From Deltaproteobacteria bacterium (lineage in GTDB: Bacteria; Desulfobacterota; Syntrophia; Syntrophales; UBA8958), in NCBI GenBank assembly GCA_029553375.1, contig JAKPCH010000020.1, positions 1 through 23,256 on the forward strand: 23,256 nucleotides of DNA. The letters are read 5' to 3'. Position numbers and translations under genes: made by a program. Of the stretch, positions 1 through 7,413 are shown in pieces (position 1 is the first letter of the stretch; the number at the start of each line of letters is the position of its first letter). The notes under the pieces were generated by a model that worked only from the letters and a program-made list of their open reading frames with translations, ran no database searches and was not told the origin of the DNA.

Positions 1-73
1 ACGCCCCCCGGAGCTACGGCGCCCAGGACTTCCGGGCCCTCGCCCGCGAAATCGCCGCCGGGGTCAGGTCTTG
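1..73 (+). CDS. 3' end of an unidentified protein-coding gene (partial, runs off the window start)
   Basis: The frame beginning at nt 3 is open with strongly GC-biased third codon positions (…AREIAAGVRS). It ends at TGA 71-73. Too short to assign a family. Confidence 0.3.
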
Positions 74-169
74 AAAATTAGCGTTTCATCGGCTGGCGAC
101 GGGGGGCGCTGAGACCCCTTCGACCCGGCGACGCCGGGCCGGAGGGGCAATATGAGGCAACCCCGAGGG

Positions 170-540
170 TCTTCTCGGCCCCGCCTCCGGGGGCGGGGAG
201 GAAAAATTCGCGGGGAAAATTTTTTGTCGATCGTCGATTTCTCAATGATTTCAGGTAGTCTACCTACGTCGGCGCGCCGACATACCCCCGCGTTCGGCCG
301 GTTTTGATCTAATAGAGCACACATAATAACCTGATAATATTGGCCGAAATTCGGCCCAAAAACGGCCGTTTTCGGGCCGTTTTCCGAGGCGGGAAATTTT
401 TTGGGCCAAAAAGGCCCGTTTTTTCCCCCTGGAAGGGCAAAACGGGCCAAAACGGAACGTTTTTCCCAAAACGCCCCCCGGCGGGGGGAAACCGGTCCAA
501 AAAGATCGTTTTCCCGGGCAGGCACCCCGGGCCCGGCGGC
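170..540. repeat. Structured non-coding region: cluster of short GC-core palindromes separated by helically phased A/T tracts
   Basis: Seen directly: hairpin CCCCGCC-tccggg-GGCGGGG (179-198); perfect palindrome GTCGGCGCGCCGAC (268-281); GGCCGAA-a-TTCGGCC (342-356); AAAACGGCCGTTTT (359-372); GGGCCAAAAAGGCCC (403-417); further imperfect A-run/GC-core/T-run units to about 515. A4-6 or T4-6 runs are centred near 360, 370, 381, 399, 410, 421, 440, 450, 462, 470, 490, 501 and 511, i.e. spaced about 10-11 bp or twice that. The overlapping + ORF 340..687 is low-complexity and not credible. Confidence 0.5.
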
Positions 541-596
541 GGGGCTTCTTTTGGTCTTCATTGTCTTTTGACGGAGAAGCTGCTACAGCGTCGGAC

Positions 597-875
597 ATGG
601 AGAGCCGAGGGAAAGAAAAGGGCAACGGCGTGGGCCGGCGGCCCGGCGACGGCCGGGTGCCCGCGTCCCTCGCGGCGTTTTGCCTGATCCTGGGGGGTAT
701 GGCCCTCGACCCCGTCATGAGGCTGTTCCTCTTCGCCGTCTCCGCCGCCCTCTCCTTGGCGGCCTTCATCAGGTCCACAGGCGGCCTCAGGGCCGTGGCG
801 GCCCTCATCCTCCTCCTCTCGGCCTTACCCGCCGCCAAGGAGCACTTCGAGGCCTACCGGGGCAGGCGGCCGTAA
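597..875 (+). CDS. Small (92 aa) membrane protein with two predicted hydrophobic helices
   Basis: ATG at 597 in an open frame with high GC3. Two hydrophobic stretches (LAAFCLILGGMAL, LFLFAVSAALSLAAFI and AVAALILLLSALPAA). Ends at TAA 873-875, 25 bp before the next gene, so probably co-transcribed. No family recognised. Confidence 0.45.
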   Translation: MESRGKEKGNGVGRRPGDGRVPASLAAFCLILGGMALDPVMRLFLFAVSAALSLAAFIRSTGGLRAVAALILLLSALPAAKEHFEAYRGRRP

Positions 876-900
876 GACATCAGATGAGAAAGGAAAGGTA

Positions 901-2082
901 ATGTCAAACCATCCCTCCCTATACCGGACCGCCGTCCTCTTCCTTTGCCTGGCGGCGGCCCTCTTTGCGGCGCCGGCCCGGGGCCAGGGGGCCCAAGAGG
1001 CGCCGACGACGGCCAAGGTGCGGGTCCTCATCCTCCCCCTTTCCGGGACCCCGCCGCGCGTGGGCTGGGCCAAGCCCCACGGGATCTTCCGGCGCGACAC
1101 CATCGCCGCCGTCTCCCGCATCCTCCTCGACCAGGGGTTCTTCGAGGTGGTGCCCGACGAGGAGGTCGTCGCGGCGGGGGGCGGGGAAGACATACCCCCG
1201 TGGAGGTGGCTCCAAGATGACCTGGACCTGGTGAAGCGGGTCGGCCGGGCCGTCCGGGCCGACTTCGCCGTCGTCAACACCAGGGAGTTCATCCAGGGGC
1301 ACAACTACCGGTCCCAGGTGATCTGCCTCAACCTCTGGACGGGGAAGAAATTCACCGACTCCTACATGATCGCCCCCTCCACCTCACCGGAGGCCTTCGG
1401 GGAGGAGAACCGGAAGGCCTTCCGGCGGTATTACCGGAAGCTGTTCCAGGAGGCGAAGGCGGACCTCCTGAAGATCAGCCTCCGCAAGGCCGAGTCCCTG
1501 GCGGCGGCCAAACCGGGGCTTCAGGCGGAGCGGGCGGCGGTAGCGAGGGAGGACCTGCTGGGGGAGACGAAACTGCCAGGGGGTCTGCCGGAGGACGCGT
1601 TTCTGGAGGCGGAGCCGCAGCCCCGCCCCGCGAGGAAGGGCGCGGGGGAGATCGCGCCCCTCCGCAAAGGGGCCCGGGCGGGGAAAACGAGGATCGTGGT
1701 CTACGATTTCGCCTCCCCGGAAAACCTGAGCGTCCCCTCCCTGATCCTCACGGAGGCCCTCAGGGAAGAACTCCTCAAGCGGGGCGACTTCGTCCTCGTC
1801 AACAGGGAGGACCTGGGAAGGCTGGCGGGGGAGATGAAGGTCCAGCAGTCGGGGATGATCGACGAAAAGCAGGCCGTGCGCCTCGGGAAGGGCCTCGCGG
1901 CCGCCGAGGCCGTCACGGGCAGGCTCCACACCCTGGGCAACACCTACATCCTCCAGGCGAAGAGGACGGACATCGAGACGATGGGGACCCTCTCCATCGG
2001 TTCCCTTAAGTGTCCCGTCGGCCGGGAGGAGGAACTCCTCGCCCAGATGCCCCTCCTGGCGAAGAAACTGGCGGGGGACTAG
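901..2082 (+). CDS. Secreted/periplasmic protein with a C-terminal CsgG / LpoB-like (TolB-N-like) domain
   Basis: RBS AGGAAAGG then ATG 901. N-terminal signal peptide (LFLCLAAALFAAPARG-QG). The C-terminal region RIVVYDFASPENLSVPSLILTEALREELLKRGDFVLVNREDLGRLAGEMKVQQSGMIDEKQAVRLGKGLAAAEAVTGRLHTLGNTYILQAKRTDIETMG matches the pattern conserved in CsgG and LpoB N-domains (…AVLPF.N..G………L.EL…….F.VVER..L..VL.EQ.LQ.SG.VD…AV.IGK.LGA.Y.VTG.V…G…………TG). Confidence 0.65.
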   Translation: MSNHPSLYRTAVLFLCLAAALFAAPARGQGAQEAPTTAKVRVLILPLSGTPPRVGWAKPHGIFRRDTIAAVSRILLDQGFFEVVPDEEVVAAGGGEDIPPWRWLQDDLDLVKRVGRAVRADFAVVNTREFIQGHNYRSQVICLNLWTGKKFTDSYMIAPSTSPEAFGEENRKAFRRYYRKLFQEAKADLLKISLRKAESLAAAKPGLQAERAAVAREDLLGETKLPGGLPEDAFLEAEPQPRPARKGAGEIAPLRKGARAGKTRIVVYDFASPENLSVPSLILTEALREELLKRGDFVLVNREDLGRLAGEMKVQQSGMIDEKQAVRLGKGLAAAEAVTGRLHTLGNTYILQAKRTDIETMGTLSIGSLKCPVGREEELLAQMPLLAKKLAGD

Positions 2083-2137
2083 GGGGGCAAGCCCCTTTGG
2101 GGGCGAAAAGGTAAAAAACGGGGATTATGGCCCCCCT

Positions 2138-2632
2138 TCAGGTATGGCGGAGACTGAAGGGGAAGTCGTACCTCAGGCACAGCCGGGTGAAGACCTCGAA
2201 GGACCCGTAATCGTTGAGGATATAACCTACACGCTCGTCCTGGAGCCTCGTGAGCCCCCTGTATTCCCGCTCCAGGTAGCGGTACATGGGGGGGATGATG
2301 GGGACCTCCCCCTCGTGGGGACGGTCGGTGAAGCACAAGAGGGCCCGGGGCGGCGAGACGTCACGGGGCCACAGCCTCACCGCCAGGTCGGGGCTGTGGG
2401 CCGTGGCCGCCACGGTCGCCGCCGCCACGATGGCACCGTCCCGGTAATAGAGGATGAGATCGTCGGGGGCCATCTCCTCCCAGAGGGCCCGGTTTGACCC
2501 CTCCTCGAGGATGCCCGTGACGTGCCAGGGGCCGGCGCCCCCGACCGTCTCCACCAGGGCGGGGGGGAGGGTCAAGGCCTCGACGGCGGCCATCTCCCCG
2601 ACACCCACGGGCACGACGAATATCTGATCCAT
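2138..2632 (-). CDS. Hypothetical protein (164 aa), no family recognised
   Basis: ATG at 2632 (minus) preceded by GGAGGA RBS. High GC3 throughout. TGA stop at 2138-2140. Convergent with the 901..2082 gene. Confidence 0.65.
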   Translation of the reverse strand: MDQIFVVPVGVGEMAAVEALTLPPALVETVGGAGPWHVTGILEEGSNRALWEEMAPDDLILYYRDGAIVAAATVAATAHSPDLAVRLWPRDVSPPRALLCFTDRPHEGEVPIIPPMYRYLEREYRGLTRLQDERVGYILNDYGSFEVFTRLCLRYDFPFSLRHT

Positions 2633-2727
2633 AGCAATCCTCCGCTGGGGGGAAAGGGAACGAAATGCCCGAGACGCCCGTTTTCCGGACCTTGTGCCGA
2701 GAAAAGGGGCCGTCGCCTCGGGGGGAC

Positions 2728-3462
2728 CTACAACTTCATGATGAGGGTGTGCTCCCGGCCCGTGTCGGCCTCCTTGAGGCGCAGCCTCAGCTCGGCGGGC
2801 TTCTTGGCCTCGCCGGGGAAGAAGATGAAACCGTGGGCGATCTCGCCGGGCTTCACGGAACGGCGGTCGAGGGACCGCCTCTCCAGGTCCGCCCTGATCC
2901 GCTCCTGGACGTCCCGGTCGCTCAGGCCCTTGGCGCCCCCCATGGTGATCCCCGTGGCGGCGCCGATGGCCGCCCCTTTCATGACGGCGTCCCCGACGTT
3001 GTGACCGGAGACGATGCCGATCGCCGCCCCGATGACGCCCCCGGCGATGCCCGCCAGGCCGCCGTACTTGGCCGCCTCGGGCGCCACCTTCCCGAACTCC
3101 GTCTTCTTGTGGATGCGGTCATAGGCCATCCCCTCGTCGAGGACGGGCCAGAGGTTGCCCTCGACGTCGATGAGGAAGGTCTGGGAGGCCACGATGTCCA
3201 GGGGGTGGGGGCCCTTGTTGTCGAAGACGACCCGCACGGGGATGATACCCGCCTCGACCATGTCGAACCCGAAGGCCTTCTGGGCCTCCGACCCCTCGGC
3301 GTAACCCTGGGCCGCCACCACCGCCCCGGCGACCTCCCGGGCGTTGGGATAGGCCGAGGGCATCTTGAAGGGCACGACGGTGGGCTCGTAGGTGGCACAG
3401 GCGCCCACCAGGATCAGGAAAGACAGCAGGGCCGTCAGGCTGAGGCATCTCTTCCGCATCAT
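2728..3462 (-). CDS. Lipoprotein with a glycine-zipper (SlyB / 17-kDa-antigen-like) membrane segment
   Basis: Start ATGATG at 3462 (minus) with RBS GGGAGAAGGGG. Signal peptide MMRKRCLSLTALLSFLILVGAC with lipobox LVGA-C. Gly-zipper GGLAGIAGGVIGAAIGIVSG…GAAIGAATGITMGGAKG. The longer track ORF (to 3687) has no RBS and adds a low-complexity N-terminal extension. Confidence 0.75.
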   Translation of the reverse strand: MMRKRCLSLTALLSFLILVGACATYEPTVVPFKMPSAYPNAREVAGAVVAAQGYAEGSEAQKAFGFDMVEAGIIPVRVVFDNKGPHPLDIVASQTFLIDVEGNLWPVLDEGMAYDRIHKKTEFGKVAPEAAKYGGLAGIAGGVIGAAIGIVSGHNVGDAVMKGAAIGAATGITMGGAKGLSDRDVQERIRADLERRSLDRRSVKPGEIAHGFIFFPGEAKKPAELRLRLKEADTGREHTLIMKL

Positions 3463-3710
3463 ATCCCCTTCTCCCAGGTTTTTCGTCATCCTAAAGGACA
3501 AAGGACAAATAGTCAACCGGCGCGACAGGGCCCCCCGCGTCGCCCCCGGCCCGGGCCCGGAGGGGGTCGGACCCCGGAAACGGGGGCAAAACGGACCTTG
3601 ACGCGGGGTGACGAGGCCCCTAAAATGAAGCGGCCGGGTCGGAGGAAAACAGGGGGCCATTGTTGTACCATTTCCCCTTTCCGGCAAAATTTCCTCGGAG
3701 GTGGCAAGAG

Positions 3711-4478
3711 ATGAAGAAGGTTTGCATCGTCGTGACGATGGTCCTGTTCATCGTGGCGGCCCGTGCCGGTATGGCCCAGGGGCAGGACGGTTGGGTCCAA
3801 TTCAAGGGTTTCAAGTACAGACTGACCACCGTGGAGGGGACCTGGTCGGAGGCCGAGGCCGAGGCCATCCGTCACGGCGGCCACCTGGCGACGATCAACT
3901 CCCGGGAGGAGAACGACTGGCTCGTCAGGACCTTCGGCAACGACAAGAGCTTCTGGATCGGCTTCTACCAGCCCGCCGGGTCCCAGGAACCGGCCGGGGG
4001 CTGGCGCTGGGTGAGCGGCGAGAGGGTGGTCTACACCAACTGGGACGGCGGTCAGCCCGACAACTACACGGGCCGGGACAACTACGCCATGCTCCTGAGC
4101 GGCGCCGGGGGCCGGTGGCACGACGTCCCCCTGGAGGGCTGGCCCATGACCTCCCGGTTCCGGGGGATCATCAAGGTCAAGGCCGAGCTCGAATGCGCCG
4201 TCTTCAGGGGAGTTGAGTACTGTCTCACCCCCTCCGAGGGCGACTGGAACCAGGCCGAGGCCGAGGCCATCCGTCACGGCGGCCACCTGGCGACGATCAA
4301 CTCCCGGGAGGAGAACGACTGGCTCATCAGGACCTTCGGCAACGACAAGAGCTTCTGGATCGGCTTCTACCAGCCCGCCGGGTCCCAGGAACCGGCCGGG
4401 GGCTGGCGCTGGGTGAGCGGCGAGACGGCGGTCAGCCCGACAACTACACGGGCCGGGACAACTACGCCATGCTTTTGA
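3711..4478 (+). CDS. Secreted tandem C-type-lectin-like domain (CTLD) protein; second domain truncated by a frameshift
   Basis: RBS GGAGGTGG then ATG 3711. Signal peptide MKKVCIVVTMVLFIVAARAGMA. Domain 1 (about 3790-4190) has the CTLD hallmarks WIGFYQ…WRWVSGE…YTNWDGGQPDN…YAML…GRWHDVP (QPD and W-H/N-D motifs) but no cysteines. Domain 2 (from about 4200) is a near-identical nucleotide duplicate. It lacks 22 bp (GGGTGGTCTACACCAACTGGGA) present in domain 1, so the frame shifts and terminates at TGA 4476-4478. Confidence 0.75.
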   Translation: MKKVCIVVTMVLFIVAARAGMAQGQDGWVQFKGFKYRLTTVEGTWSEAEAEAIRHGGHLATINSREENDWLVRTFGNDKSFWIGFYQPAGSQEPAGGWRWVSGERVVYTNWDGGQPDNYTGRDNYAMLLSGAGGRWHDVPLEGWPMTSRFRGIIKVKAELECAVFRGVEYCLTPSEGDWNQAEAEAIRHGGHLATINSREENDWLIRTFGNDKSFWIGFYQPAGSQEPAGGWRWVSGETAVSPTTTRAGTTTPCF

Positions 4479-4578
4479 GCGGCGCCGGGGGCCGGTGGCA
4501 TGACGTCCCCCTGGAGGGCTGGCCCATGACCTCCCGGTTCCGGGGGATCATGAAATTGAAATAGGGGGCGCGAGATGT
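4367..4578 (+). repeat. Direct repeat copy A (3' end of CTLD gene plus TAGGGGGCGCG junction)
   Basis: About 80-85% identical to 7414..7581. Both copies carry the same deletion junction GGCG(A/G)GACGGCGGTCAGCCCGAC. Both end …CCCATGACCTCCCG(G/T)TTCCGGGGG(A/G)TCATGAA(A/G)TT(G/C)AAATAGGGGGCGCG followed by an ATG. Confidence 0.7.
4426..4564 (+). pseudogene. Out-of-frame C-terminal remainder of the second CTLD repeat
   Basis: After the 22-bp deletion junction (about 4425/4426) the original CTLD reading frame continues intact (…GGQPDNYTGRDNYAMLLSGAGGRWHDVPLEGWPMTSRFRGIMKLK) to TAG 4562-4564. This frame differs from that of 3711..4478. Confidence 0.6.
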
Positions 4579-5840
4579 ACTGGGAAAGACTTTCGCGGGA
4601 AGAGATCAGAAGACGGGTCGCCATCGCCATCGACGGCAATGTAAACTACCACACCGACGCCGTCTTGGGTTTTCCCGGCACGCACCTCGACGCCGAGGAT
4701 TATTATGCCGACGGCTGCTCCGTCCTCACCAGGATCCCCTGGGCGTCTCCCCTCCTCGACGACGAGCCCTTTCTCAGGACCATCATCGAGAACCCCAACC
4801 ACATCGGCTGCCACACCGCCGCGGAGTCGGAGGTGGGCTTCCCCGGCACCCAGGCCCTCGAACGGGAGGCCCTGGCCATCTGCGCCGAGGAGATCATGGG
4901 CGCCCCCGCGGGCGCCTATGACGGCTACATCTCGCCGGGGGGAACGGAAAGCAACATCCAGGCCTGCTGGGTCCTGCGCAATCTCCTCCGCCGCACCCAC
5001 GCGGCCCGGCCGGGTGAGGTCGGCCTCGTCTTTTCCTCCGACACCCATTACTCCCTTTGGAAGGCCGCCGACCTCCTCGGTCTTCGTCCCTATCCCGTCC
5101 CCGTCTCCGACACGACGAGGGAGATGGGGGCAGACGCCGCGCACGCAACCGTGGCAGCCGCCGTGAGGGACGGCGTTCGTTGTGTCATCGGGGTGGTCAA
5201 CATGGGCACAACCATGTTCGGATCCATCGATGACCTCGACGTCCTCGTCGCGGCCTTCGAGGAACACAACCTCCCCTTCTACCTCCATGTGGACGGCGCC
5301 TTCGGCGGTTTCATCTACCCCTTCGTCGTCCCCGACCACCCCCTCGATTTCCGCAACCCCCTCATCGCCTCCATCACCATGGACGCCCACAAGATGCTCA
5401 AGGCCCCCTACGGCACGGGCATCTTCCTCTGCCGCAAGGGCCTCATCGACGAGGTCTGCACGACCCAGGCGAGCTATGTCCACGGGAAGGACTACACCGT
5501 CTGCGGCAGCCGGTCGGGTGCCAACGCCGTCGCCGTCTGGATGCTCCTGCGCGACGCGGGCTCCGAGGGGCACACGGACCGCTGCCGCCGTCTCGTGGAG
5601 CGGACCGACCGTTTCTGCAGCCGTCTCGACGCCATGGGCGTCGCCTATTACCGCCACCCGGCGATGAACCAGGTCGCCATCAGGGCCGAGTACGTCCCCC
5701 CGGAGACGGCGCGGCGCTTTCTCCTCGTCCCCGACCGCCACGACGACACGCCCCGGTGGTGGAAGATCATCGTCATGGACCACGTCCGGGATGCCCTCCT
5801 CGAATATCTCCTGGAGGAAATAGGGGAACAAAATACCTAG
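4575..5840 (+). CDS. PLP-dependent group II amino-acid decarboxylase (MfnA / tyrosine-aspartate-glutamate decarboxylase-like)
   Basis: ATG 4575 with G-rich RBS (AGGGGG). Family motifs ISPGGTESNI, HVDGAFGGF and SITMDAHKM (PLP-binding lysine) match the MfnA-type decarboxylase pattern SGGTEANL / HVDAAFGG / S.T.DPHK. Confidence 0.8.
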   Translation: MYWERLSREEIRRRVAIAIDGNVNYHTDAVLGFPGTHLDAEDYYADGCSVLTRIPWASPLLDDEPFLRTIIENPNHIGCHTAAESEVGFPGTQALEREALAICAEEIMGAPAGAYDGYISPGGTESNIQACWVLRNLLRRTHAARPGEVGLVFSSDTHYSLWKAADLLGLRPYPVPVSDTTREMGADAAHATVAAAVRDGVRCVIGVVNMGTTMFGSIDDLDVLVAAFEEHNLPFYLHVDGAFGGFIYPFVVPDHPLDFRNPLIASITMDAHKMLKAPYGTGIFLCRKGLIDEVCTTQASYVHGKDYTVCGSRSGANAVAVWMLLRDAGSEGHTDRCRRLVERTDRFCSRLDAMGVAYYRHPAMNQVAIRAEYVPPETARRFLLVPDRHDDTPRWWKIIVMDHVRDALLEYLLEEIGEQNT

Positions 5841-6131
5841 GCAATTTCTAACATTTTGTTTCACATTTTAAGGTTGCCTTATGGACTTAAAAGCTTATTA
5901 TGATTTGGTCAGCAGCGAGAGGAAGGCTCGAAAATATCGGCCGGGAACGGCTTCAGCCTGATGTGCTGCGGATATCGGCACCTGAAGGGGGCGGTCCCTT
6001 CTGTATCTGAAAGAACTCGAGCTCCGGCATCATAACCGTGGCTCGGACATCTTTGACCTCGTAGCCTGCTGCCTCTGTGATTTGAGGTTCAGGCATCCGA
6101 CGACGGACCGTCATTCGGAGGGGGAAACGGT
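5841..6131. other. AT-rich (about 45-50% GC) spacer of atypical composition
   Basis: GC content drops sharply relative to the flanking genes. Contains a stem AGGCAA…TTGCCT just after the decarboxylase stop and runs such as TTTGTTTCACATTTTAAGG. Only a 53-codon antisense ORF (5953-6114) is present. Confidence 0.5.
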
Positions 6132-7310
6132 ATGGGTACCCAAAAATCCGTTACGGCTCTTCCTTCAGAGTTTTCACGGCCTCGACTCGTTCAGGGCAGG
6201 GGGGTTGCCCGGCGTATCGTCGAAAACGTTCTTGCGCGGGCCGGCGTGGGAATAAACGGTCCCAACCCCTGGGACATCCGGGTTCACGATGAACGGCTCT
6301 ACGCGCGCGTCCTGCGGGAGAAAAATCTCGGGCTCGGCGAGGCCTACATGGACGGCTGGTGGGACTGCCAGCGGATCGACGAGTTCATCTGCCGCGTTCT
6401 GCGCGCCGGGCTCGACGAGGCCATCAGGGGAAGCGCGGCCTATCTTCTGCGTTTTTTCCCTTCCCTGGTGCTCAATCTGCAGTCGAAATCCCGCGCCCAC
6501 ATCATCGCGCAGCGCCACTACGACCGCGACAACGACCTCTTCCTTTCGTTCCTCGACCCATACAACCAGTACAGTTGCGCCTACTTCCAGGAAACGGACG
6601 ACCTGGCAGAAGCCCAGCAGAAGAAGCTGGAACTTCTCTGCCGGAAACTCAACCTGCAGGCGGGGAACCGGGTCCTTGACATCGGCGGCGGCTGGGGCGG
6701 CCTCGCCCGCCACATGGCCGAGCGGCACGGCTGCACCGTCACCTCCGTAAACATCTCCGGGGAGCAGGTCCGCTATGCCAGGGATTTCTGCCGGGGCCTG
6801 CCCGTGACCGTCATCCAGGCGGATTACCGGCAGATCGGCGGCACCTTCGACAAGATCGTCTCCGTCGGGATGTTCGAGCACGTGGGCTGGAGGAACTACC
6901 GGATCTTCATGAACATCGTACACAGGTGCCTGAAACCGGAGGGCGTCTTTCTGCTCCAGACCATCGGCGGCAACGAGTCGCGGGTCAGCTGCGATCCCTG
7001 GATCACCCGGTACATCTTCCCCAACGGCATGCTGCCGAGCATCGCCCAGATCGGCCGGGCCGTGGAGGGGCTCTTCGTCGTGGAGGACTGGCACAACCTC
7101 GGGCCGCACTACGACCGGACGCTCATGGCCTGGTACGAGAACTTCCAGCGGGCCTGGGACCGCCTGAAGGAGCGCTACGACGACCGTTTCAAACGCATGT
7201 GGGATTATTACCTGCTGTCCTGCGCGGGGGCCTTCCGCGCGCGGAGCATCCAGCTCTGGCAGATCGTGCTGACGAAACCCGGCACCGTTCAGCCTGCCTG
7301 CAGGATATAG
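6132..7310 (+). CDS. cfa: Cyclopropane-fatty-acyl-phospholipid synthase (SAM-dependent methyltransferase, Cfa family)
   Basis: RBS GGAGGGGG then ATG 6132. Near-collinear identity to the E. coli Cfa pattern: GINGPNPWDIRV, LGLGEAYMDGWWDC, LNLQSKSRAHIIAQRHYDRDNDLF, LDPYNQYSCAYF, VLDIGGGWGGLA, IVSVGMFEHVG, DPWITRYIFPNGMLPS, DWHNLGPHYDRTLMAWYENF, RMWDYYLLSCAGAFRAR.IQLWQIV. Codon usage is less GC3-rich than neighbouring genes. Confidence 0.9.
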   Translation: MGTQKSVTALPSEFSRPRLVQGRGVARRIVENVLARAGVGINGPNPWDIRVHDERLYARVLREKNLGLGEAYMDGWWDCQRIDEFICRVLRAGLDEAIRGSAAYLLRFFPSLVLNLQSKSRAHIIAQRHYDRDNDLFLSFLDPYNQYSCAYFQETDDLAEAQQKKLELLCRKLNLQAGNRVLDIGGGWGGLARHMAERHGCTVTSVNISGEQVRYARDFCRGLPVTVIQADYRQIGGTFDKIVSVGMFEHVGWRNYRIFMNIVHRCLKPEGVFLLQTIGGNESRVSCDPWITRYIFPNGMLPSIAQIGRAVEGLFVVEDWHNLGPHYDRTLMAWYENFQRAWDRLKERYDDRFKRMWDYYLLSCAGAFRARSIQLWQIVLTKPGTVQPACRI

Positions 7311-7413
7311 AACAGGTCTTGTCGTCTTGTCTCATGGCCGCCACGGGGGGACGACGAAAAGCGAAGAAAAGTTGATTCGACCGTATCACGCCGGTTCGTG
7401 CGTGAAAACCGGA

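Noticed and set aside
340-687. 115-aa ORF over the palindrome/A-tract array
   Set aside because: The product is repetitive (FGPKRPVF, GRF repeats) and is generated by the DNA repeats themselves. It has no RBS and overlaps the better-supported 597..875 frame.
2083-2140. TGA stop of the 164-aa gene as a possible selenocysteine codon
   Set aside because: The in-frame continuation (GGAIIPVFYLFAPKGACPP…) runs into the convergent neighbouring gene and has no RBS-independent support. The only nearby hairpin is ambiguous (GCCCC-ttt-GGGGC). This is much more likely an ordinary stop.
2665-3714. 349-aa plus-strand ORF
   Set aside because: Antisense to the lipoprotein gene. It has no RBS and a low-complexity product.
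4548-5864. 438-aa minus-strand ORF
   Set aside because: Antisense to the PLP decarboxylase, whose frame has SGGTE, HVDGAFGG and DAHK motifs.
5953-6114. 53-codon minus-strand ORF inside the AT-rich spacer between the decarboxylase and cfa
   Set aside because: It is short and has no clear RBS. Its codon usage is unlike the host genes. It could be a remnant carried in with the cfa segment, but the evidence is too weak to call a gene.
6174-7109. 311-aa minus-strand ORF
   Set aside because: Antisense to cfa, which aligns along its full length to the known Cfa pattern.
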